A DNA stretch of 60,337 nt from Candidatus Moraniibacteriota bacterium (lineage in GTDB: Bacteria; Patescibacteriota; Minisyncoccia; Moranbacterales; GWC2-37-73), in assembly GCA_035325685.1 (NCBI GenBank), contig DAOKZJ010000002.1, positions 7,309-67,645 of the forward strand. The letters run 5' to 3'. Of this stretch, positions 8,474 through 17,254 are shown one piece after another. Each line of letters starts with the position of its first letter. Within the stretch, counting starts at the first letter, position 1. The notes under the pieces were generated by a model, which saw nothing but the letters and a program-made list of their open reading frames with translations, ran no database searches and was not told the origin of the DNA. The translations under genes were made by a program, and so were the position numbers.

Positions 8474-9571
8474 TTAAATGCGCAAATAATTTCTTCCGCC
8501 CATATCGCGGATAAGCCCTTTTAGCTCCAAAAGCGAAACGGCCGCAGCTGCGCGCGATGTCTCCAGTGTAGACAGTTTGATTATCCTGTCAATGTGCAGC
8601 TGTTCATCGGTTAGGACATGGAGGATGCGTTTTTCATCTGCACCCAGATCAAATTCCACCTCCTTTTTTTCCAAGGGAGCAGTTTGGCTTAGTCTTAATT
8701 CTTCCAGCACATCCGCGGCACTGGCGATCAATTTGGCGCCTTTTTGGATGAGCGCATTGGTTCCTTCCGATCGGGGCGAGAAAATGGAGCCCGGCACGGC
8801 AAAGACGTCGCGGCCGCATTCCAAAGCATGCGTGGCGGTGATAAGTGAGCCGCTGGAGGCAGATGCTTCCACGACCAAGGTCGCTGCGGAAATGCCAGCG
8901 ATGATGCGGTTACGCGCCGGAAAAGTTCCGACGCTTGGCTCGGTCCGGGGTGCATATTCGCTCAACACCAGACCGCCGCAAGATATTATTCTTTCGGCCA
9001 AAGCGGCGTTGGCACGCGGGGCGACGGAGGAGGGATCCGGTCCGGATCCGAGCACCGCTATTGTTTTGCCGCCGCCTTCCAAGGCGCCTTCGTGGGCGAC
9101 AGCATCTATTCCCAGTGCTAAGCCGCTGGCTATGCAGACGCCGCTGCGGGCCAAGTCGCGCGAAAGGGAAAAAGCCGCTTGCCGGCCATAAGCCGTGTGG
9201 GCGCGCGATCCCACAACGGCGACGGTGGGCAGGTCCAGGCAACTGCAATCGCCGCGTGCGTAAAGTACGGCAGGTGCATCATCGAGCTGGCGGAGCAGCC
9301 GGGGATAAGGCGGATCAAGCAAGGTGAGTACCTGTATTTGCGCGGCCGCAAGTGTTGTTTGCAGTTTGGTCAAATCGCAGTTTTTGCGGTGACTGTCTAT
9401 GGAAAGAGCGGCTTTTTGGCCGATGCCGCTTTCTGCCAGGTCTGGCAAAGTTGCTTGCCAGATTTTTTGTCCGCTTCCAAAATATGCCAAAAGAGCAGCC
9501 ATTTTTTTGGCACCTATTCCTTCCGTACCGGCAAGAGCTGCGACATACAAGTTGTCTGCCAATTCGAGCAT
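8474..9571 (-). CDS. dprA: DNA-processing protein DprA
   Basis: GSRxxTxYG...GLAxGIDxxAH Rossmann-like core, plus a C-terminal winged-helix tail. Confidence 0.9.
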   Translation of the reverse strand: MLELADNLYVAALAGTEGIGAKKMAALLAYFGSGQKIWQATLPDLAESGIGQKAALSIDSHRKNCDLTKLQTTLAAAQIQVLTLLDPPYPRLLRQLDDAPAVLYARGDCSCLDLPTVAVVGSRAHTAYGRQAAFSLSRDLARSGVCIASGLALGIDAVAHEGALEGGGKTIAVLGSGPDPSSVAPRANAALAERIISCGGLVLSEYAPRTEPSVGTFPARNRIIAGISAATLVVEASASSGSLITATHALECGRDVFAVPGSIFSPRSEGTNALIQKGAKLIASAADVLEELRLSQTAPLEKKEVEFDLGADEKRILHVLTDEQLHIDRIIKLSTLETSRAAAAVSLLELKGLIRDMGGRNYLRI

Positions 9572-9635
9572 GGCTATTTGGGGGCTCGGATTACATATGC
9601 ATATAACAAGTATATAATAAAACCGCTTTCTCTCA

Positions 9636-9664
9636 TTGACAAATTTCTGTTAAGGAAGTATGGT
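9636..9664 (+). promoter_or_regulatory. Candidate promoter TTGACA-17-TATGGT
   Basis: Hexamers at 9636-9641 and 9659-9664. Confidence 0.5.
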
Positions 9665-9670
9665 GTGGAG

Positions 9671-9803
9671 ATTTGGCGGAAGGACTTGCTCTGTCCGTAG
9701 TTCCAAAGCCGGACATTCCTCCTTTGTCTGGCCGGTAGATGAAAGCATGTCTTGTATTTCTTCGGGAAATGAAGATGTCGCTGCGGATGGAGCAAGCTTT
9801 TTC
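9671..9803 (+). ncRNA. Unclassified structured small RNA candidate (three-way junction, about 130 nt)
   Basis: A 16-bp closing helix (9685-9700 with 9781-9796, including 3 G-U pairs valid only on the + strand) encloses two hairpins. The structure is followed by T5. Confidence 0.45.
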
Positions 9804-9848
9804 GTTCAGTTGATTCGGGGCCGTCTGGAGCCAAAAAAAGCCACCCAA

Positions 9849-9877
9849 TTGACAAAAAGCAAAAAAAGGAGTATAAT
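9849..9877 (+). promoter_or_regulatory. Consensus sigma70 promoter TTGACA-17-TATAAT
   Basis: Perfect hexamers at 9849-9854 and 9872-9877. Confidence 0.65.
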
Positions 9878-9883
9878 TGAAAA

Positions 9884-10251
9884 AGGAAGATTGGAAAACA
9901 GAACGAAAAGCAAAAAAGACTCAAAGCAGTTGTTTTCGGTGCTTTGACAACAAGGGACAGTCCCGGGGGAGGGGTTTGTCCTTTGTTGCTTTTAAAGGAG
10001 ATCTTGCTTGTTATCTTAGATCTTCAGAGCCAAACAGAAGGGAGGTGGCGGACATGCCGGCTACTCAAAGCAAGGCGGAGCCCATGGTCTGGCTGCTTGT
10101 TTCCACTTGTGGCGAAAGGCAAGTAATTTTGGTGCCCGAGCGCCGCAAGGATCCTGTGGGGATTCCCTTGATCGGGAAACGCAAAACCGATCCCGGACAC
10201 AAGATCCTGAGCAGGTGAGCGTTTCATGCAATGTCATGGCGCTCTTTTTTT
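9884..10251 (+). ncRNA. Unclassified structured RNA candidate (about 370 nt)
   Basis: There is no credible ORF. At least six hand-folded helices were found, several with G-U pairs that work only on the + strand. The region ends in a hairpin plus T7. Confidence 0.45.
10217..10251 (+). terminator. Intrinsic terminator of the ncRNA candidate
   Basis: GAGCG..CATG-caatgt-CATG..CGCTC, then T7. Confidence 0.6.
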
Positions 10252-10262
10252 GCGAATATCTC

Positions 10263-10793
10263 TCAGAAAGGCCTGGCGGCTATTTCGCCGGATAGTTTTT
10301 TTAGCCGGGCGAGTTCTGTGGCAGAAAAATTTTCGAGCACAAATACTTCACCGGGAATGCTTCGCTCTTTCTTTTTTTCGCTCCCTTCGATCCCGAGGCG
10401 AATCCTTTGGAAGTTTTGTGTTCCTAGCTGGGCTATGAGTGACTTTGCACCGTTGTGTCCGCCGCTGGAAGAATCAGGGGAAATTTTCATCTCTCCTGCG
10501 GCTATATCCAAATCGTCGTGGATAACCACTATGTTTTCCAACGGCACTTTGTAAAAATCAACAAGTGCTTTGACGCTGTGGCCGGAACGGTTCATGAAGG
10601 TCTGAGGCTTCACGAGCAAGATCTTTTCGCCGCCGCGCACTCCCTCGGACAATTGAGCGGAAAACCGGGAATTTTCTTTGAATTCGGGAAATTCCCAGAG
10701 GCGGCGGATTTCGTCAAGTGCGATAAAGCCGGCATTGTGCCTCGTTTTTTCATATTTTTCTCCGGGATTGCCCAGGCCGATAATCAGTTTCAT
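10263..10793 (-). CDS. pth: Peptidyl-tRNA hydrolase
   Basis: MKLIIGLGNPGEKYEKTRHNAGF N-terminus. Confidence 0.94.
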   Translation of the reverse strand: MKLIIGLGNPGEKYEKTRHNAGFIALDEIRRLWEFPEFKENSRFSAQLSEGVRGGEKILLVKPQTFMNRSGHSVKALVDFYKVPLENIVVIHDDLDIAAGEMKISPDSSSGGHNGAKSLIAQLGTQNFQRIRLGIEGSEKKKERSIPGEVFVLENFSATELARLKKLSGEIAARPF

Positions 10794-10920
10794 TCTTTTT
10801 GGGTTAAGTGCTTATTTTTTATAAATTTCTGCTCTTTTTTATAACTGCCAAGTCTGGGTTCTTGCCGAGAAATATCCATAAGGAGCGTCACTGCCTGGAA
10901 AAAAATGTCTTGATTGATTT

Positions 10921-12543
10921 TCATTCCAATGCGGAGCCTTGTTCCTTGGCCAAATCCTCCATCGAATCTTCTTCGAAAGAAAGAATCTCTTCCGTTTCTG
11001 TGCCCACAAGGAGAAGGAAATCGTATTTTGTGGTTTCGTCATCCGATCCCTCGTTTCGCTCCAAGGAGGCGCCCAGGGTTTTTACCATTTCGTCGGCGCT
11101 ATATATTTTGGAACCGTTGGTGTGATCCCAAATACGTGTCTTTGGCGAGGATTGGGAATTTTCCTGGCGCAAAGCAATCGTTGATTCTTCGCCCAGGCGC
11201 TGCCTTAAAAGGTCTTGAATTCTTCTGGCGGCCGCACTTGCGGGCTTGCTGTAAGAGATTAAGACCCGTGGTTTTTCTTTGGCTATTTCTGCCGCACGTT
11301 TTTGCAAAACTGCGCGGTCAAAAATGTTGGCAGCCAAATCCTTTATTTCATGCCAGTTTCCGGAGCGGGGAATTAAGATGAAAGCGCGCGAGCCTCCCAG
11401 CTCCACATGCGAAACCCGCAGCAAGCTTTCGCGTTTCCAGGCGTCCACCACGGCGGTAGAAATGTTTTGCGTATCCAGCTCTTTGCTGAGCGCAGCAATG
11501 CGCAGCATTTCTTCCAGCCGCAAATTGGTGCGAACATGACTTCCTAGTGCATTCAGCAGTTCGCTCATAGCCGAAGCATTGAGGATCGTGCCGATACTGA
11601 AGACTTTGCCTTTGATGGCTTGCAAGGCTTGTTGTTGTCTTTTGGCTCGGCCGAAATCCCCTTCGGGGTCGCTATGCCTTTCTCGTACATATTTGAGCGC
11701 GGTTTTACCGTCCAGCTCGTGGAGTCCTTTTTTGAGAGAGAAAGTTTCGTAACTGTAATTTGGTCCGGGATAGCGCGTGTCATAAATATCCCTCTCTACC
11801 ATAACCCTGATGCCGCCCAATGCGTCGATCATTTTTTCGAAACCTTCAAAGTCAACCACCAGGTAATAATGCAAAGGGAGTCCGGTGATTTCCGAAACCG
11901 CTTGCGTTATCGGCTCGAGATTTTTTCCTGAAGACAAGCCGTATTGGTAAAGGGTATTCAGTTTGCTTTGGCGTTTTTCTTGGGGGATTTCCACGTAAAG
12001 GTCGCGCGGGAGCGAGATGAGGGCGATGCGTTTTTCTTTTAGACTGAGGCTGGCGATCATGATCGTGTCAGTCAGGTTCGTGCCGGGTTTTCCTTCGCCG
12101 GCTGCACCTAAGAGCAAAATGTTGATGCGTCCTTCTTTTTCGCCGCGCAACTTGGGAGCATCGGCACGTTGAGCCAAGACAAGAGAACGGGCTTCTTCCA
12201 AGAGAGTGGGTTGTTCTTTTTCCAAGGACAACGTTTTGCGGCTGGCTTGGTGGGTTTTGAAAAGCATGAATGATCCGTAAGAAAAAGCGGACAACAAAAA
12301 CAAAAGCAAAAAAGAGAAAGCGAGTTTGCCACTTTTTTTGCCATTTTTTCTCTCTTCGTGGGTCCGGTAAGAGGAAAGAGAGCGCGCCAAATCCCGCAGG
12401 TCGGCTTTGGGAAGCGGAGCTTCCTTTTGCGGCATGCGTACGGGGGCGCTAGCGGGCTTTGGATATATACTGTGGTTTTTTCGCTGAGTGCGACGAATAC
12501 CGTCCATATAGCCTAATGGTAGCTCAAATATGCGGTTGGCCAC
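10921..12543 (-). CDS. LytR-CpsA-Psr (LCP) family cell-envelope phosphotransferase with an N-terminal TM segment and a LytR_C-like tail
   Basis: INILLLG..DTIMIASL..ISLPRDLYV core. GTG start at 12543. Confidence 0.85.
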   Translation of the reverse strand: MANRIFELPLGYMDGIRRTQRKNHSIYPKPASAPVRMPQKEAPLPKADLRDLARSLSSYRTHEERKNGKKSGKLAFSFLLLFLLSAFSYGSFMLFKTHQASRKTLSLEKEQPTLLEEARSLVLAQRADAPKLRGEKEGRINILLLGAAGEGKPGTNLTDTIMIASLSLKEKRIALISLPRDLYVEIPQEKRQSKLNTLYQYGLSSGKNLEPITQAVSEITGLPLHYYLVVDFEGFEKMIDALGGIRVMVERDIYDTRYPGPNYSYETFSLKKGLHELDGKTALKYVRERHSDPEGDFGRAKRQQQALQAIKGKVFSIGTILNASAMSELLNALGSHVRTNLRLEEMLRIAALSKELDTQNISTAVVDAWKRESLLRVSHVELGGSRAFILIPRSGNWHEIKDLAANIFDRAVLQKRAAEIAKEKPRVLISYSKPASAAARRIQDLLRQRLGEESTIALRQENSQSSPKTRIWDHTNGSKIYSADEMVKTLGASLERNEGSDDETTKYDFLLLVGTETEEILSFEEDSMEDLAKEQGSALE

Positions 12544-12638
12544 AAGGAGTAATTTCCAACCCTTGCAAAGACACTTTTTTTGTGCTAAGATGGGCGTACT
12601 TGCGGCAAGTTTTGGCTTGTCTGAAACCTTTTCAAAAT

Positions 12639-13274
12639 ATGGAAGATTTGAAGCGCGAAAAAAATGCTTCCCAACAAGAAGATGATGTTTATTACGGCGT
12701 GGGTAGTTTTTTGTGGGAAGTGGTCAAAGTTTTCTTTTGGGCGCTTTTGATTATCGTGCCGATCCGGGTTTTTCTTTTCCAGCCTTTTTTTGTGCAGGGC
12801 GCCAGCATGGAACCTAATTTCCATGACGGCGATTACCTTATAGTGAACGAATTTGGATATAAGGACACGGAAATATCCCTGGCAGGAACATCTCTTTTAG
12901 CCGTCCATCCTTTCCGCGACCTAGAAAGGGGCGACATCGTGGTTTTCCAGTATCCGCGCAATCCCAAACAATATTTTATCAAGCGCATTATCGGCTTGCC
13001 GGGGGAGACGGTCATGGTCAAGGAAGGAAAAGTTTTCGTAACGCCTAAAGAAGGAGGGGAGGCCAAGATGCTCGATGAGCAGGCGTATGTAGATGAAAAG
13101 GTGAATACGGCGGGCAATGTGAGCAAGGTTTTGGCGCAAGATGAATATTTTGTAATGGGTGACAACAGGCCCCAAAGTCACGATTCGCGCGCCTGGGGTC
13201 CGGTGACGAAGGACAAAATCGTAGGCAAGGTGCTGCTCAGAGCCTGGCCGCTGGGAAAAGCAAGAGTTTACTGA
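12639..13274 (+). CDS. lepB: Signal peptidase I
   Basis: GASMEPN Ser box, and GDNRPQSHDSRAWGPV box E. The ATG at 12639 avoids overlap with the divergent LCP gene. Confidence 0.9.
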   Translation: MEDLKREKNASQQEDDVYYGVGSFLWEVVKVFFWALLIIVPIRVFLFQPFFVQGASMEPNFHDGDYLIVNEFGYKDTEISLAGTSLLAVHPFRDLERGDIVVFQYPRNPKQYFIKRIIGLPGETVMVKEGKVFVTPKEGGEAKMLDEQAYVDEKVNTAGNVSKVLAQDEYFVMGDNRPQSHDSRAWGPVTKDKIVGKVLLRAWPLGKARVY

Positions 13275-13350
13275 CAAATAAAAAGCACATTTCCGCCGCC
13301 GTTTTCTCCAAAGAATTCGGCGCGGCTTATTTTTTAAACGCACCAAGGGT

Positions 13351-14778
13351 ATGGCATCCAAAGCTCCCAAGAAAGCCGCAAAGGCTGTCGTAAAAAAAGG
13401 CGCCAAGCGCCAAGCCGCTCCAGTTAAAAAGAGCGCAAAAAAAGTTTCCTCCAAGCAAGCGAAAGCCGCAGCGAAAGTGGAAGAGGAAATAATGCTTCAG
13501 CCTCCGCGCGGAATGCGTGATTTGTTGCCTGGCGATCAATCTTATTGGAATCAAATCAGGCGCGTGACTGCTCGCATGGCGCACGAATATGGATTTTTGC
13601 GGATCGATACGCCAATCTTGGAATATGCCAACTTGTTTGTCCGCTCCATCGGGGAGGGGACGGATATTATCGACAAGGAGATGTATATCTTTTCCACCAA
13701 GGGTGGAGACAAGGTGGCGCTTCGACCGGAATTTACGGCGGGAATAGCCCGTGCTTATATTCAGCATGGCATGACGGTGTTGCCCAAGCCCATCAAGCTT
13801 TTTTCAACCGGTCCGGTGTATCGCTATGACCGCCCGCAGGAAGGGCGTTATCGCGAACATTTCCAAGCCAATTACGATATTTTCGGAGAGCAGGATCCTA
13901 TTTTGGACGCGCAGCTCATTCAGTTGGCACATCGCGTGGTGATCGCTTTGGGCATCAAGAACGTGCAATTCCAAGTAAATTCCATCGGTTGTCCCAAGTG
14001 CCGCGCGGATTATCAAAATCTCTTGGTTTCTTATTTTGAGTCCAAGCGACAAAAGCTTTGCCAAAACTGCAAAAAGCGCATGGAAACCAATCCGCTGCGC
14101 ATCTTGGATTGCAAGGAGGACAAATGCGCCCAGGTGGCAGCCAGCGCTCCGCAGTCGGTGGATCATCTTTGTCCGGAATGCCGCACCCATTTCAAGCATC
14201 TGTTGGAATATCTGGATGAGTTGGAAGTGCCCTATGTAATCAATCCTCGCTTGGTGCGCGGGCTCAGCTATTACACCAAGACCGTTTTTGAAATATGGTC
14301 TGGAGATGAGGAAGGACATAAGTTTTCATTGGGCGGAGGCGGACGGTATGATCACTTGGTGGATGAGCTTGGCGGCGAACACACTCCGGCTATCGGATTT
14401 GCGCTGGGAATGGATCGTTTGGTTGCCGAAATGCGTCGCGTGAGCGCCAAGGCTTATGTGGAGCCGCGTCCGCGCGTCTTTCTGGCTCAGCTGGGGGATT
14501 TGGCCAAGAAAAAAAGTTTGCGGCTTTTTGCCGAACTTCAGAAAAACGGGATATTGGCCGCCGAATCTTTCGGTCGTGGATCGCTCAAGTCGCAATTGCG
14601 CGTGGCTGATCGCTTGGGTGTGGAGGTGACGCTCATCGTGGGGCAAAAGGAAGCATTGGATGAGACTGTGATCATCAAGGACATGGTGAGCGGCACCCAG
14701 GAAACCGTTTCCAACGTTAAATTGGTAAATGCTGTCAAAAAGATACTCAAAAACAATATCGTGGTTTCACACGAATAG
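13351..14778 (+). CDS. hisS: Histidine--tRNA ligase with a possible 47-aa Lys/Ala-rich N-terminal extension (alternative start 13492)
   Basis: Class II HisRS motifs (PRGMRDLLP, RPEFTA, GGGRYD). The in-frame KA-rich lead-in is open from 13351. GAGGA lies 5 nt before ATG 13492. Confidence 0.93.
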   Translation: MASKAPKKAAKAVVKKGAKRQAAPVKKSAKKVSSKQAKAAAKVEEEIMLQPPRGMRDLLPGDQSYWNQIRRVTARMAHEYGFLRIDTPILEYANLFVRSIGEGTDIIDKEMYIFSTKGGDKVALRPEFTAGIARAYIQHGMTVLPKPIKLFSTGPVYRYDRPQEGRYREHFQANYDIFGEQDPILDAQLIQLAHRVVIALGIKNVQFQVNSIGCPKCRADYQNLLVSYFESKRQKLCQNCKKRMETNPLRILDCKEDKCAQVAASAPQSVDHLCPECRTHFKHLLEYLDELEVPYVINPRLVRGLSYYTKTVFEIWSGDEEGHKFSLGGGGRYDHLVDELGGEHTPAIGFALGMDRLVAEMRRVSAKAYVEPRPRVFLAQLGDLAKKKSLRLFAELQKNGILAAESFGRGSLKSQLRVADRLGVEVTLIVGQKEALDETVIIKDMVSGTQETVSNVKLVNAVKKILKNNIVVSHE

Positions 14779-14856
14779 GGAGTATTTTTCAGTTGCGCTT
14801 GCCGCTTTATCTTGCGGATGCAAGTAAGGCGGCTGGATATTTTTTGGCAAAAACAT

Positions 14857-15237
14857 ATGAAAAAGGAATTGCCGAAAGAGGCTGCTTGTCTTTTTTGTAA
14901 AATAGCTGCCAAAGAAATTCCGGCCAAAATCGCTTATGAGGATGAGTCGGTGGTCGCATTCGCCGATATTAACCCGCTCGCCCCGATCCATTTATTGATC
15001 ATTCCCCGAAAACATGTGTCCTCCCTAAATGAGCTAGAAAAAGGGGAAGAGCTTCTTTTGGGCAGAATGCTTAAAGTTGCCGTGACTTTGGCTAAAAAAC
15101 AAGGCATTGCCGCAGGCGGATACAAACTACTTATTCGCACAGGTGAACACGGCGGACAAGAGGTGCCGCATGTCCATCTGCACCTAATCGGAGGCGCACC
15201 CTTGGAAGAAACGATTCGTGTGCGTAAGACGCTTTGA
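14857..15237 (+). CDS. HIT-family nucleotide hydrolase
   Basis: Histidine triad HVHLHLIGG. Confidence 0.88.
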   Translation: MKKELPKEAACLFCKIAAKEIPAKIAYEDESVVAFADINPLAPIHLLIIPRKHVSSLNELEKGEELLLGRMLKVAVTLAKKQGIAAGGYKLLIRTGEHGGQEVPHVHLHLIGGAPLEETIRVRKTL

Positions 15238-15380
15238 GGCGAAAAAAGCAAATTTGTCTGGCGCAGTGCTTTTGTAAGAAGGTTTAAGCGAGAAGGCCAT
15301 GTTGGTTGACGGCGTGGCTATAATATGGTAAGGTAGAAAAGTGCTTAAATTACCCCAAAAAGACGAAAGGAGGTTGCTTT

Positions 15381-15638
15381 ATGATAGAAGTACGCAAGAA
15401 GGACAAAGAAACTACGGAAAGCTTGATCCGCCGCTTTTCCCGCCGCATCCAGCAGAGCGGAGTATTGGTGCGCGCCAGAAGGACGCGTTTCCGCACGGAA
15501 GAAAAGAGCAAGGTTGAAAAGCGCGCCGAAGCTATTTACAAGGTAAGGATCCGCAAGGAGATAGACCGCTTGAAGAAGCTTGGTAAATTCGACGATGAGG
15601 CTCTGCGCAACATCAAGCGCAAGATGGGCGGCAGATAA
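15381..15638 (+). CDS. rpsU: 30S ribosomal protein S21
   Basis: AAAGGAGG SD, and the ESLIRRFSRR..RRTRF pattern. Confidence 0.85.
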   Translation: MIEVRKKDKETTESLIRRFSRRIQQSGVLVRARRTRFRTEEKSKVEKRAEAIYKVRIRKEIDRLKKLGKFDDEALRNIKRKMGGR

Positions 15639-15700
15639 GGATTTGAACAAAGGCGCGCCGTAAGGCGCGTCTTTTCTTAAAAACATATTTTATTATATTT

Positions 15701-16153
15701 ATGACAACCAAAGAAAGGATTGTGGCTGACCTGAAAGCTGCCATGAAGGCGGGTGACAATGTGGTGCGTGACACTTTGCGCATGCTCGATAGCGCAATTA
15801 AAAATATTGAGATAGAGAAAAAGAAGCGCGAAGAGGGGCTTGGCGAAGAAGAAGTCCTTGAGGTGGTCATGCGCGCAGTTAAACAACGCGTCGACAGCAT
15901 AAGCCAGTACGAGCAGGGGGGACGCAGCGAGTTGGCCGACAAGGAACGCGGGGAACTGGAGATACTCAAGCGTTATCTGCCGGAGCAGCTGGGAGAAGAG
16001 CAGGTGCGCGCAGTCGTACGGGAGGTGATTTCGACTCTTGGGGAAAAGGCTTCCCTGGGCGCGGTCATGGGTCAAGCGATGACTCGTCTTAAGGGCAAAG
16101 CTGACGGTAATTTGGTGCGCAAAATAGCCGCCGAGGAATTGGCGGTAAAGTGA
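15701..16153 (+). CDS. yqeY: GatB/YqeY domain protein
   Basis: The LKAAMKAGD..LRML..AIKN pattern is typical of YqeY. Confidence 0.85.
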   Translation: MTTKERIVADLKAAMKAGDNVVRDTLRMLDSAIKNIEIEKKKREEGLGEEEVLEVVMRAVKQRVDSISQYEQGGRSELADKERGELEILKRYLPEQLGEEQVRAVVREVISTLGEKASLGAVMGQAMTRLKGKADGNLVRKIAAEELAVK

Positions 16154-16154
16154 T

Positions 16155-16607
16155 ATGTCTTTGGAAATAGAATTTTTGGATAAGACTGAAACGGCCTTTC
16201 CGGAAGAAATGGTTCGAAAAGTGCTTGCAAAAACATTTACCGAGGCGGGCGTGAAGATGGAGGGGGGAGTTTGGGAAGTGAGCGTGACGCTGGTTGGCGA
16301 AAAGGAGATGGCTGAACTCAACGGACAATGGTTGGGCAAGGATTTTCCGACGGACGTCTTGTCTTTTGCGCAAACGGAAAATCCCCAGCAAGCGCGGGAA
16401 GCTTCTGGACAAGGGGGCCGCGTTTTTCTGGGGGAAATTATTTTGTGCCCCGCATACATAGAAAAAAGCGCGCCGCTTCAGCAAAAAAGTTGGGAATGGG
16501 AGATGGCGTACATGATAAGCCACGGATTGCTGCATCTTTTGGGATATGAGCACGGAGAGGAAATGTTCTTGGTTCAAGAGCGGGTCGCTGACTCGCTCAG
16601 CCGGTAA
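16155..16607 (+). CDS. ybeY: rRNA maturation endoribonuclease YbeY
   Basis: HGLLHLLGYEH metal motif. Confidence 0.92.
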   Translation: MSLEIEFLDKTETAFPEEMVRKVLAKTFTEAGVKMEGGVWEVSVTLVGEKEMAELNGQWLGKDFPTDVLSFAQTENPQQAREASGQGGRVFLGEIILCPAYIEKSAPLQQKSWEWEMAYMISHGLLHLLGYEHGEEMFLVQERVADSLSR

Positions 16608-16693
16608 ATATCCTCCGGCCTTCCGTTTTGGAGGGGTACGGCTTATAATGCCAGATAGGAGGAGAAAAATTCATCATTGCTTTTCAAAAAATT

Positions 16694-17074
16694 ATGCGCA
16701 GCAGTTTAAAACAATTTAAAAAAAGCGTATCGCATGCCTTGGACGGGCTTGGATACGTGGTAAGGCATGAGCGTAATTTCCGCATCGAACTTTTCTTTGC
16801 GGTTTTGGTTATGGGCGCCATTCTCTTTTTTGACATGCGCGGCTGGGAGGCGGTTATTTTGATTTTGATGATAGCTGCGGTTTTGGTAGCGGAATTGACC
16901 AATACGGTTTTCGAGCGGGTGGTGGATATCCTTAAGCCGCGCATTCATCCGTACGCCAGGCTTATCAAGGATATTATGGCTTCGGTGGTACTGCTCACCT
17001 CCCTTACGGCTTTGGTAGTCGGCGTGATAGTTCTCTGGCCGCATTTCTACGCCTTTTTTGTCGCATTGTTCTAG
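16694..17074 (+). CDS. dgkA: Diacylglycerol/undecaprenol kinase (DgkA family)
   Basis: Three TM segments, NFRIEL, and the ELTNTVFE motif. Confidence 0.85.
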   Translation: MRSSLKQFKKSVSHALDGLGYVVRHERNFRIELFFAVLVMGAILFFDMRGWEAVILILMIAAVLVAELTNTVFERVVDILKPRIHPYARLIKDIMASVVLLTSLTALVVGVIVLWPHFYAFFVALF

Positions 17075-17088
17075 AAAGGGGATTTCTG

Positions 17089-17120
17089 GCCGGCAGGTCA
17101 TTTTGTGCCGGCGTTTTTTT
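17089..17120 (+). terminator. Intrinsic terminator
   Basis: GCCGGCA/TGCCGGC stem then T7. A TGTGTATAAT extended -10 follows immediately. Confidence 0.7.
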
Positions 17121-17254
17121 GTGTATAATGAAGGATATGCTTATTTGTTCGGGATAATTTTAGGGCGAAATGCGCCGTTGAAGACAAGAGGGCTTTTGCG
17201 GCAAGAGATATTTGGGAGGGAAAAATAAAAACCCGCTTTACTTTAAAACCCCTT

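Noticed and set aside
9877-10218. A 113-aa ORF (TTG start) within the ncRNA candidate region, plus the ORFs at 9660..9947 and 9574..9924.
   Set aside because: One start codon lies inside the -10 hexamer. There is no SD, the predicted sequences are basic and low-complexity, and the region folds into multiple helices with strand-specific G-U pairs.
9600-10260. I tried to assign the dprA-pth intergenic RNAs to RNase P RNA, tmRNA, SRP/4.5S, 6S or 5S.
   Set aside because: - RNase P: the P4-like matches (GUGUCCGGG / GCCGGCAU on the minus strand, GGAGGAAUGUCCGG near 9705-9725) are only about 135 nt apart or would run into dprA. The invariant GAGGAAAGUCC / ACAGAA context is missing.
- tmRNA: there is no tRNA-like CCA-proximal end and no tag ORF ending in Ala-Ala-stop.
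- SRP: there is no GGAA-AGCA domain IV motif.
- 5S: there is no CCGAAC..GAAGUGAAAC motif.
The RNAs are left unclassified.
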